Shown here: positions 40,448 to 52,750 of the stretch, piece after piece | Layout of the letters: every line of letters begins with the position of its first letter | How positions within the stretch are numbered: the stretch's first letter is position 1 | Position numbers and translations under genes: made by a program | Notes under the pieces: model-generated | What the model saw: the letters and a program-made list of their open reading frames with translations, nothing else | What the model was told of the DNA's origin: nothing | Database searches by the model: none | NCBI GenBank assembly: GCA_951406725.2 | Contig: OX597826.1 | Location: 55,490,001 to 55,554,000, forward strand | DNA: 64,000 nt | From: Octopus vulgaris | Taxonomy: Eukaryota | Direction of reading: 5' to 3'

Positions 40448-42035
40448 TCAGGTTAGACAACCAGAGAGAACCAGATTCGTTGACTCATCAATCACTTCTG
40501 AGATTTTTACTCTTTTGTTGACAAGTCAATCTTTTAATGGCGGGTTGCTCCTTTCTTTTCCGTCTTATCTCATGTTTGAAAATACCCAGTTTTCGCTCTT
40601 TACACCAAAATAATCATCCACAGCGCTTGTTTTATTTATTTGTTCCCAGTGGTACAAAGTAAAAAAGTCAACAGGGGATCTTATTGCTTAGAACGTTAAG
40701 ACTACCCCCGGTAGCTTTTAAATAGTTATTGAACCTTATAGTTACTTGAAACAGCTAATATTTCTATATTCCACAATAAATATTTTTGTTTACATGTCTT
40801 AATTATGTTAATTATAATTAACATCGTTATTGCTCTATTAGAGCAGGGGTTCTTAACATTTTAAAACTCACAATCTGTTTCAGCAAATTCATAATCTTTC
40901 ATGCCTCCATAAAAAAGAAAATTAATCAAAACTTTTTGGGAAAGTAACGATTATCACTACTTAATCATGGCTGTTCCGTAAGAACCGACGTTATTCGTTT
41001 TTTTAACCTTAGGAAGCCGCCTCCTCTAGCCGGTAATGCGATGCAAACTGCACCCGACATATATTGCAAGCAGGGGAGTGAACTCCTACCATCTTCCAGC
41101 CAAAAGACCATCAGACTGTACGGTTTCGAGCTTTTTGAGCTCACCCTCGGTGGTGGGTACTCGTCCGCCAGAGATAGCAGTACTTGACTACAGATCGCAA
41201 TATACAGAAAATAAGTGACACCCAGTCATTGATCTTGCAACAAGCAATTTAGTTAGTTAGAATATTTTTATAAGAGACGAAAGCAGTAATCATACTGAGA
41301 AGTAATGGTTATCGTCACTTAAAAATGGCTCTTTCCAGAGGAATCGTCGTTACTACCATTTTAACCCCCACAAAAAGCTTCTTATAGGGTGTCTGGCAAA
41401 AACAAAAAAAATAAACATCATTCTCGATTAACTTTTCCACAACAAACTCTCGGTGTCCACCGATTCAAACCACAATGGTAACTAAAATGAGAGCATGAAA
41501 CATTAGCTTCATGAAGGCCACGTTACCATCTGCTAACTTTACTCGCGCCACACCAATCAGCGTAAAATATGAGACATTGTTTTTACTTTTGCTGCACCCA
41601 GTATAACCGTAAGGCCTCACATTCGAAATATATAATCAATTATATCGATCACAGTTCTTTTATTGAACTGTACTTCACCACCATTTGGACATTTTTGAGT
41701 TAATTCTGGGTGAACAATGGTCATTGAGCGCCTTGTTTAAGGAAATTATGAATAACATGAACAAATTATTTTACTGTGTTGTCTCATGTGTACTCAATTC
41801 AACCAAGCTTTCCTGCAACCTATTCCAAAATTTGTTTATGTTTGTTTTTTATGTTGTTTTTGCATAGCTCTTGTGTTGTTCTTGTGGACTCAGATCCAGC
41901 AGACCTGTAATCAAACTTAAAACCAGAACCTAAGACATTTCTGTCTTTTAAATTTTTCTATAAATTTGGGACTACAGTTGTTAATGCTTTTCCAATTTGA
42001 ATTTCATTTAAGGTTAATATTATTCTTGGAAAGAA

Positions 42036-42875
42036 GGCGGCGAGCTGGCAGGATTGTTAGGCCACCTGGGAAAATGCTGAGCATTTCATTTGCCTTTAGG
42101 TTCTGAGTTCGAATTCTACCGAGGTCTACTTTACCTTTCATCATTTCGGGTTTCATAAAATAAGTCCCAGTTGAACACTGGGATCGACTTAACTACTTCA
42201 TCGAAGATGCCATCCTTGTGCCAAACTTTGAAACCCATATCCTTTTCTACTCTAGGCACAAGGCCTGACATTTTTGGGGAGGAGGCCAGTCGATTACATC
42301 GACCCAAGTACACAAATGGTACTTAATTTATCGGCGAGGTGGTGAGTTGGGAGAAATGTTAGCACGCGAAATGCTTATCGGTATTTCGTCTGCCGCTACG
42401 TTGTGAGTTCAAATTCCGCCGAGGTCGACTTTGCCTTTCATCCTTTCGGGGTCGATTAAATAAGTACCAGTTACGCACTGGGGTCGATATAATCGACTTA
42501 ATCCGTTTGTGCGTCCTTTTTTGTCCTCTCTGTCTTTGGCCCCTTTTGGGTAGTAAAGAAATAGGTACTTAAGTTATCGGCGGAATTTGAACTTAGAACG
42601 TAATGACAGACGCTAAGCATTTCGGCCGGCGTGCTAACGTTTCTTATTTCTTTATTGCCCACAAAGGGCTAACATAGAGGGGACAAACAAGGGCAGACAA
42701 AGGGGTTAAGTCGATTACATCGACCCAGTACGCAACTGGTACTTAATTTATCGACCTCCGAAAGGATGAAAGGTAAAGTAGACCTGGGAGGAATTTAAAC
42801 TCAGAACGCGAAGACAGACGAAATATCGCTAAGCATTTCACCCGGCGTGTTAAAGTTTCTGCCAGCTCACCACCT
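42036..42875. mobile_element. Nested cluster of SINE family B copies in both orientations
   Basis: + copies 42036-42230 and 42333-42563; - copies or fragments 42240-42332, 42564-42644, 42645-42875. Confidence 0.85.
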
Positions 42876-43170
42876 TTTGAAACCAATTTTATTCTTGGAA
42901 AGTTTTTGCGATATCTACCAGGTCGATCCAGTGACTCTCATTTCTAGCAGGGCGATCCAGAACTGCTCTGCTCAAAGGTTCTACCTCGGCTACCAAGATA
43001 AAATAAAAATTGAAAAAAAAGACCAAAAAAAACCAGAATAGGCTAAACTAAAGTAAAATAAAACGGAATATATAAATCTCCTGGAAACACAAAAAGTAAA
43101 GTCAATACGTTAGAAACGATTAAAAGCTACGTTTATTGTTCTGATAGATTAATTAATAAGAGTTACTCAC

Positions 43171-43255
43171 GCCCAACATTCCATAAATACATGATGAACT
43201 TTTCCAAGAGTAAAAAGCAAATGCAAACAGTTCCGGAGGTCGACACGCAAATTCC
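43171..43255 (-). other. Candidate 85-nt spliced exon of an unidentified host transcript
   Basis: - strand: long U-rich tract then ctctctggatatttcttcAG | GGAATTTGCG...GTTGGGC | GTGAGTAA; unique sequence; all three frames stop-free, none recognised. Confidence 0.35.
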
Positions 43256-43474
43256 CTGAAGAAATATCCAGAGAGTAGGAAAGGGTAAAAAATAACAACA
43301 ACAAAAGAAAAACAAAAAAACAAACAAATCAAATACCAGACTAGTTAGAGATAAGCAAATTGAAAACAAATACTATATAAACATATGTAAATTATTCTTT
43401 TTTTCTATGATTTCTTCAGCCCCTTTTGTTACACATATATATATATATATAAATATATATATGCATATATATAA

Positions 43475-43512
<38 letters not shown>

Positions 43513-43543
43513 ATATATATAAGTATATATATGTATATATATA

Positions 43544-43587
<44 letters not shown>

Positions 43588-43694
43588 CATATATATGTGT
43601 ATATATATATTTATATATATATATATGTATATATAATCCCACACATATTATGTACTTATCCTTTAATTTTGTGTATATATCTCACCTCTCTTCA

Positions 43695-43753
<59 letters not shown>

Positions 43754-44771
43754 TCGCAAATGTTATTTGATAATACAAAAAGCTGAATTATCAATAAGTA
43801 AATAATCACACAACCTACTGTACATCCATACATCCACCCATCCACCCATCCATGAATATATGCATGCATATACATATGTATACATATATACATATATATA
43901 TATATATATGTATATATGTATACATATGTATATATATATATATATATAGATATAGATATACATATATATACATATATATATATGAACATATATGTATGTA
44001 TATATGTATACATACATATATATATATATATACATATATATTGAATTATATATATATATGCATATATGTATGTGTGTGCATATATGTGTTGTGTATATGT
44101 ATGCGTGTGTCCATGTGACTCAGAAAGTATGTTTCCCTCAGTGTGCGTGTATGTTTGGCTTTTCATTGCCAAACATTCATGGACTGGTTCTTCGTTTTCT
44201 CTCCCGCCTCCTTTCCTCCGCTCTTTTTCTATTCTCCCTCTCTTTTCCATCTCTCTCTCTCTCTCTCTCTCTCTCGGCATTTCTTCTTTTTCTTTCTTCC
44301 TCTATTTATTGATGATGAGGCGGATTCACTGAACCTATTTCGAACCCTTAATATCTTTTCATGACACGCATGGTAGCAAAGGCAGTTTCAATACTCCAAA
44401 GCATAATTTTGTTGTCACAACGCTTCACTAACACTCAAATGGGTTACAGATGCTTGCCTTCATCATTCCCCAGAGATGCGCACGTTTTCTAGCATTCGCC
44501 CACATCTTGTCTGTCAGTGCATCGATATACGAATGCGCGCAAGAGGTCGTTTGTGGTGTAAGTGCTTGAATATCGTGACTATGTCAATGTGAAGAGTGTG
44601 TATCTGTGTGATTGTGTGTGGGTGATTGTTGCTTGTACAATTATAATGTTGGCGATTGTTGTTTGTGTGAGAGCTTGTGTGTACGGCGCATGTGTGTATA
44701 GCCGCGTGTGGAAGAAATTGGATGAGAGCGGCTGCGAATGGGAATACGACTCTGTATGCAATTACGTATGC

Positions 44772-44807
<36 letters not shown>

Positions 44808-44822
44808 TTATATATATACATT

Positions 44823-44931
<109 letters not shown>

Positions 44932-45349
44932 AATATAAATATATATGTATATATATGTATATATGTATATATATATATGCATATATATATGCGAAAATAT
45001 ACAAGTAGGCGTGTACGCGTGTGCACGTTTGGACCTCTGTATGTGTGCGCGTTTGGACCTCTGTTCCTCTGTGTGTGTATGTGTTTATGTTTGTGTGTGT
45101 GTTCAGGTCAAGAAGAAAATGTGTTCCTACGAGCATGTGAGAGTCCGCGCGTATAACAAACAAACAAACAGACATGCATGTGTATCCATGGGTATGTGTA
45201 TGTCTAAGAGCATTTGCCAGTGCATTGGTGTGTGCAAAATCGCAAGCACTTATATATATGTGTGTGTCTGTATGTGTGTGTATACGTGTATATATACATA
45301 TATGTATATATTTATACCATATATACATATACTTACATATATATATACA

Positions 45350-45390
<41 letters not shown>

Positions 45391-46111
45391 GTATACATAT
45401 ATACACACATATATATATACATATGTATACATATATATATACATACATATATATATATATTATATATATACACACATATATAATATATAAATGTATGTAT
45501 GTGTCTATATGTGTATGTGTGTATGTATGTATATGTGTATATATGTATGTATATGTTTGTATGTAATGTATGCGTCCGTGTTTATTATGTTCGCTCGTAA
45601 GTGCGCGTATACGCAAATTAGACTGAGAGAAGAGAAAGCTGGAGAGGGAGAGATGGGGAGAGAGAGAGAGAGAGTGAAAAGAGGAGGGCATAAAGAGTAG
45701 GTCACAACTAATTGGCCCAGGAAACTGTGTGTAGATTCCTATAGTTAAGTTGCACCAAACTAAAATGGGAGATTATTGACCGTGAGGAAGAGAAACAAAA
45801 GCAGAGAAACAAAAAATCCTTTTTATTATTTTTTTTTTACTAGATGCCACTCCTATTTTACGGTTGGGTGATTAGAGATATAAAGGGTATCCATCTGTAA
45901 AATCCAAAAAAAAAATACAAAAAAAAATAGATTACTTGCTCCAGCATGATGCGGAAACATTCACATTAGCAGAAACACTCAGATACTACACTGCATTATC
46001 TATGTAAAGCATGAAAGGAAACCATTCGCTGAAGGGAATGTATAAGGACATATAAATATTATATATATATATATGTGTGTGTGTGTGTATATATGTGTGT
46101 GTATACATATG

Positions 46112-46174
<63 letters not shown>

Positions 46175-47035
46175 CTGTGTGCATATATCTACACACTTAC
46201 ATATATATACACACATACATACATACATACATACATACATACATACATACATAAATACATACATATATATATAATACAAAATGGGACAAGAACGCAAAAC
46301 TTCCGGACAGTTAGGTGATACAAAAATGTACAGAACAAAGCATCCAGATAGACGATACAATGAAACCAAGGACGGGTCATTTGAAATTTTCTTTCCTCAG
46401 TCGAGTACCAGATTATCTTCGCAATTTCGGTTGATTATACTCGAGATTGCTCCAATCTGGCCAGCCCCAATGAAAAACTAAGCTAAGAGCATTAGATTCA
46501 TTTGAAGAAAGCAGCGAATATATGCATGTATATATGTATATATATATATGTGTAAGTATATATATGCATATATATACATGTACGCATACACACACACATA
46601 TACATACATATATACAAACATACATACATACATACATACATACATACATACATACATACATACATACATACATACATACATGCATACATACATGCAGTCA
46701 AGCCCGAGGCGTCGCTCGAAGAATTGTATCGAACTTGTACTTATATGACTTGTACTTATTCTATTGGTGTCAATTGCTGCATCACTATGTTAGGTAAGCG
46801 ATATCAGACTACCAACAGTTGTTAAGCGGCCTGGGGACAAATACTTACACAAGGACAGGCACACACATACGCACGATCACATACATGCGTGTGTTTATAT
46901 ATACATAAATAAATAAATAAATATATATATGTGTATATATATATGCGCGTGTGTGTATGTATGTATGTATGTATGTATGTATGTATGAATGTATGTATGT
47001 ATATACATGCACACACGTATATAAATACATATATA

Positions 47036-47897
47036 CAGGGTGCTGTGAAGATGTCTAAATTATGCAAAAATGAACATAACACTGACATTTCATTCTAACA
47101 GATATACTGACCAAAATTACATAAACATATCTTGAAATACTAAAGAGTAAATTTATTCAATAAAATCGCCATTGGCGTCACCCACAGCCTCCAGACGATT
47201 TGGGAACCTGCTGCAACTCTTCTGGACGGTCTCCTTGTTTAAGTTGGTGAAGGCGCCATAATCGCTGCCTTCAGTTCATCTTTGGTGATACAAGGAGTTT
47301 TGTTGGACCCTCGCTCAACTGCGACCCACACATAATAATCAAGGGTGTTGCAATCTGGAGAGTCAGGTGCCCAGATGTTAGGGGTGATGTGACAGAAATT
47401 GTCAGACAACCATGACTCGGTTCTCCTGCTTGGTGTGGCATATTGCAGAGTCCTGTTGTCAGACATAAAGTCTTCCAGCTGCCACTCTCTTGACCCAGGG
47501 CAGCACTACCTCCTCCAGGCACTTGATGTAGGCCACCGTGTTGACTCTGCGGCTGTGTGAAAAAATGAATGGAAGTATAACTTCACCATCATTAGTGATC
47601 ACTCCAAACACCATGATGTTGACTGGATTTTTATCACTCCTCGGTACATGTCCTCAGATTGCACTGTCCTCACATTGACACCTAAACACTCTGAAATGTT
47701 TGCACTGGATCTTCCGGTGCGAATGCCAAGCAGTACAGCATGTCGTTTCCAAATTTCTAGCAGGTTGAATTGCATCAGGGTGGTGCTTTTCTCACAGATG
47801 TTGCTTAACTCATCCTACTATACTGTGTAGTCGACAAAATCGAAACCGAACAATGGGCAACCGCGAAATTAAGAATATAAAATAGCACAATTTTTCC
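47036..47897 (-). mobile_element. Internally deleted Tc1/mariner (DD37D/maT-like) transposon with transposase pseudogene
   Basis: TA-CAGGGTG terminus at 47034-47042; - strand fragments PVNIMVFGVITNDGEV..., QQDSAICHT, WAPDSPDCNTLDYYVW and ...RLEAVGDANGDFIE* (stop 47153-47155); frameshifts and stops. Confidence 0.9.
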
Positions 47898-48029
47898 ATA
47901 TATATACATATATGTTTTATTTTCACCTATATACTTTAGCTTATAGGTAATCTCTAGCATCACTTTTAAATCTTTGCCGATTGCTTCTATTTACTAAGCA
48001 GTTCATTAAAACATTTGGGAAAATTAGTA

Positions 48030-49115
48030 AAATTCGAGGGACTGCCCCTTTGGTGGAACTAGATCAACTGACCATTTGACGAAGTTCGAACAACTGACTA
48101 ACTTCGACGAACTGATCACTAGAGGAAAATGGTCAGCTGAACATTTGATGAAATTTGAGCAACTGGCTGTTTGCACAATTCGATCTACTCAAATTTTGAT
48201 AGAATGCAACTTAACTGACCGATTAACGAAATTTGGTCAACTGACCATTTAAAGCCATTCGATCAACTGAACTTTTAATGAAATTCGATCAAATGAAATT
48301 ATGATCAAATTGGATTAACTGACCGCTTAACGAAATTCAGTCAACTGACTGGTTAGGAAAATTCAATCTACTGACCGTTTCATGAAATTCGATCAACCGA
48401 TCTCTGGGAAAATTTTATCAACTGACCGTCTGAAGAATTTCAGGCAACTAACTGTTTTAATTGACAGTCTAAGAAAACTTGGTCAACTCTATATTTAGTC
48501 ATTATCCGTCAATTGCATATTTGGAGTGATACGATCAACTGATCATTATGGAAAATTCGATCAATTTTCGATCAATTTCGATCAGCTATCCGATTGTAGG
48601 AATTCAGTCAACTGACCACTTAGGGAAATTCCATCAATTGTCCGTTTGGGTATATTCGATCAATTCTGCATCTAAGGAAATCGATCAGCTGTCCAATTCG
48701 ATTAACTGTATTCTTAAGGAAACTGCATCAACTCACACTTTAAAGAAATTTAATCAATCTGACATTTGAGTTATTCGATCCAATGATCATTTTGGAACAT
48801 TCTATGAATTGTCCATTTGGAGCGATTCTATCAATTCTCCACTTGAGTTATTCGATCTGTTGATCATTTAGGGACATTTTATGAATTGTCCACTTGGAGC
48901 GATTCGATCAATTGCCCACTTGAGTTATTCGATCCATTGATCATTTTGGAACATTCTATGAATTGTGCATTTGGAGCGATTCGATCAATTGTCCACTTGG
49001 AGCGACTCGATCAATTGTCCACTTGAGTTATTCGATCCATTGATCATTTAGGAACATTCTATGAATTGTCCGTTTGGAGCGATTCGATCAATTGTCCGTT
49101 TAAGTTATTCGAAAC
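48030..49115 (+). repeat. ~26-bp minisatellite (core AATTCGATCAACTGACCATTT) with 77-bp higher-order repeat in the 3' third
   Basis: ~40 diverged monomers; TTGAGTTATTCG anchors at 48766, 48843, 48920, 49023, 49100 (spacing 77, 77, 103, 77). Confidence 0.92.
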
Positions 49116-49489
49116 AAAGGTCTATCTATCTATATATCTATCTATCTTTCTCTCTCTCCCTCTCCCTCTCCCTCTCTCTCTCTCTCCCTACATATATGTA
49201 TATGTCATGTGTGTATGCGTGTGCTTTCGTACTTATTTCTTATTACTTGGTAAATGGTGTGCGTTAACGTCTTCGTAACTTAGCGGTTCGATAAAAGGAA
49301 ATTCGATAAAATAAGTACCTGAATTTGAATATATACCAGGTAGTTGGTGGGTGTGTTTGACTGACTAATCTTTTACAAAAAATGACTCCCGCGTTGCCGC
49401 AGTAGCAAATAAATTTTAACCGCTTAAGTTTTACGCGAACTATTTTTCTATAACTCACATTATGTGTTTTATTCAAAGATGGAATTTTT

Positions 49490-49727
49490 GCAATGCTGAG
49501 TTGATCGAATTATTCCGGACTCCCAGTTGATCGAATATCTCAACCTTCCAGTTTATCGAATTTTTCCTAAACGGACAATTGATCGAATCGCTCCAAATGG
49601 ACAACTCTTAGAATTACCCCCAAATGATCAATGGACAATTGATCGAATCGCTCCAACTGAACAATTCATAGAATGTCCCTAAATGATCAATGGATCGAAT
49701 AACTCAAGTGGACAATTGCTCAAATCG
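49490..49727 (-). repeat. Inverted block of the same minisatellite/higher-order repeat
   Basis: GGACAATTGATCGAATCGCTCCAAATGGACAA...GGATCGAATAACTCAAGTGGACAATTG is the reverse complement of the 48766-49110 units. Confidence 0.9.
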
Positions 49728-51078
49728 ATTACATTGACCCCAGTGCTCTACTGGTACTTATTTCCATCTCTTATTTTATGATATTAAGATGGCAGTGTTA
49801 ATATTAAGCATACAAACTGATCACTTCACTTCTTTATTGTTGAAAGTCAGTCGGTTAAATATTTTAACCAATCAACTAATCCATTGTTTAATTAATCATC
49901 AATCTGTCTATCTATCTTTTAGGTTTCGTCGCCTTACGCAACCTCATCAATGACACACTCTCTCTACTCCATGTCTGCTCCGGAATTGCTTCAGGTCTGT
50001 ATATCTGTCTTTCTGTCTATCTATCTGCCGGTCTATATTTGAGACTGGAATGCCTCTGAGTCTCGGTTTCTTGGTGCAGAGCTAAAGGGTTGCCACACAC
50101 TACCAGTGACAACAACAAAAATAACAACAGCAGCTGCAGCAACAGCAACAACAAAATATGAAGTTTTGAATCAACTTCAATAAGCCCCATGTGGCTGTTG
50201 TCGACATTATTTAGTAATTTACTAATCTCAGTTTCCTTACTGCTTGTTGACGGAAGTAATCAAACAGATATAGTAAATTATTGATTCCTCTTATTTGCAA
50301 ATTGCGACAATGTTTATTTAGAAGAAGAAGAATAAACATTTAAAGAATGCATTCAGCCATTAAACGAGTTGAACTCGTTAGCTACGCCACTGGAACTAAA
50401 TACGGTAAGATATCCAGTTTCGTGAAATACGATTGTTTTTCTGTCGTTGTTTTGTGTTAAATTATCATTGTCTGCCACCCTTTCACTTTACGGAGGAGCA
50501 CCTACGAAATTGTTTTGCATGTTAAAAATCGCAGCCAATTTTCCTCATACAAAGTTCAGCGAAAACTTTTCCCAGAATCACCGTTTTTAGATAAATGCTT
50601 CAACGGCAGTGCACAATCTGCGCCAGTTTATCCCACAGTAATAACTAAAAGAAGAATCGATAAACCACTAGCTACATGAGGACACTGTTACCTTCTCCTT
50701 ATTTATTTTAGTACCACACCAATGGCCGTGTAAAGTACTGGAGGTTTTTCTGTCACCCTGTGTGCTACATAGTACCAACTAAAAGCTTGACTGAACCATA
50801 TATTACACTACTTAGTCGATATTGACTTTTATTATATTTTTATTTCCTTCATACAATTCATGGGATGAACGCAGAAGCACAAGAATACAAATAATGATGT
50901 ATATATTTATTCTTAAGATGCTCTGGCACATTTGAACTTGAATTTGTTAGGGCCCTGTTGGCACTAAATCTTTTGACCGTTTAGTCCAAGATATTAATAG
51001 ATTATGCCATTCTTTCCAAGGACGGAATTCGGGATGTGGACACATAGAAGCGCTGATGTTCATATCTAGAGAAGTATC

Positions 51079-51311
51079 TATTTCTTTACTGCCCACAAAG
51101 GGCTAAACATAGAGCGGACAAACAAGGACAGACAAAGGGATTAAGTCGATTACATCGACCCCAGTGCGTAACTGGTACTTTATTTATCGACCCCGAAAGG
51201 ATGAAAGGCAAAGTCAACCTCGGCGGAATTTGAACTCAGAACGTAACGGCGGACGAAATACGGCTACGCATTTCGCCCGGCGTGCTAACGTTTCTGCCAG
51301 CTCGCCGCCTT
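51079..51311 (-). mobile_element. SINE family B, young copy
   Basis: Full length; TSD tctagagaagtatc (51065) / tctaaagaagtatc (51314). Confidence 0.9.
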
Positions 51312-51899
51312 CCTCTAAAGAAGTATCGTTGTTGTTCTTCGATGACAAAAAATCATCAGTGATAATATATTCGCATTCGAATTTGCTAGAACGTATTAAG
51401 AATGAATTAATATTGGTGTTTTCTTTTATTCTTAAGAAAGTAGAGTATGGCTGTAGGAAAATCGACTCCTATTTTTAGAAATTAGAACAATCAAGAAGTG
51501 GCCGGTGCGTAGAACATCGCGTAAATTCCACAGAATCGAGTTTGCGACGCATTTTTATCTCATCTGGTACAAGCCGTTTCCACTTTCGCTGTTTATATCT
51601 TAGGGAAATGAATGAATTTCCTAAACCTTATGTCACACAAACCCGTTCAAATATGAGACCTTTCTTCCTAGCGAATCAAATATCCATTCATCTCATGCAA
51701 AAGTGCAATATATCAAGGTATTTCTTGATCAGAGCAATCAACGGTCAATGGATGATCGATTTTACAGATGTCAGGAATTGATGTAACAGGAATAGTGACG
51801 AACATGTCTAAATTCAAGTATGTTTGCTGAACAACAGAAATGACTAACACTAAATCGAACGTAGATCATAAATTTAGTTTCGTAGTTTCCTATCACCTA

Positions 51900-52750
51900 T
51901 ATACGATATAACATTGATCCAAACATAATAATAATAATCTAAACTTTGAAACAACATAAACATTAGTTTGCTAAAAATCTGTCAAGTTGCCAAAGCAGTG
52001 TATTGCACAAAATTATCACATCATCCAGTTTGGAAAATGGGGTACCAGAGATCAGTTTTCTCACCCATTATTCTTACGACCTGCCACACGTCTCCACTAA
52101 ATGTAAATACGGTTTTATACTCATATAACATCACATTCACGTCTATATGTCCCAAGATACTTATGCAGTATTACTTCAACCTCATATAAATCACACCGAT
52201 ATCTGACTTCACGGTAACAGAATTAAAGTGGTGGTCACCAAATCCACTATAAATACAAATTCAACCAAGCATCACACTCAAAAACATAATACGCCTACCA
52301 CAAACAGAGAAGATCACGAACAGTTACATACAACTCTTCTGCAAAGTTCATAACACAAATAGAAGATATAGCAAAGCAAATAAAACGATGCAGAGACATG
52401 GTTACAACCATCACGAGAAGGGCATTTAACCAACATGAATAAATAAACTACAAAATTGACATAGAAACAATCCAATTGATTCATCACAAGTTATGCTAGC
52501 CCTACATGGAACTAATCTCTCCACAGTATATCGCAATAAACTTCAAAGAATGCATAACAGGGCATTATGTATTATAACCGATTACGCACAGATCACAGTT
52601 GGTGACTAATTACATAAGCTAAAATATTAAATAATGAATGATCGCCTGAACATGGAAAGGGCACAGTTTGTAGCCGCTGCAAACTTCAATCCCCTCTACA
52701 TGAAAACCCACGATCAAACATTCAAGAACACAACTAAAATAAAATCCTAA
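51900..52750 (+). pseudogene. Highly decayed LINE (I/Jockey-like) reverse transcriptase C-terminal region
   Basis: Frame-shifted remnants: GVP/QRSVFSPIIL (GVPQGSVLSPLL), NVNTVLYSYNITF (LYADDIT), SYASPTW, NLSTVYRNKLQRMHNRALCIIT (KLQxxQNxALRxITG), in the expected order. Confidence 0.65.

Noticed and set aside
48030-49115. CRISPR array or coding repeat
   Set aside because: Monomers are contiguous with no unique spacers, and stops are frequent; it is a minisatellite.
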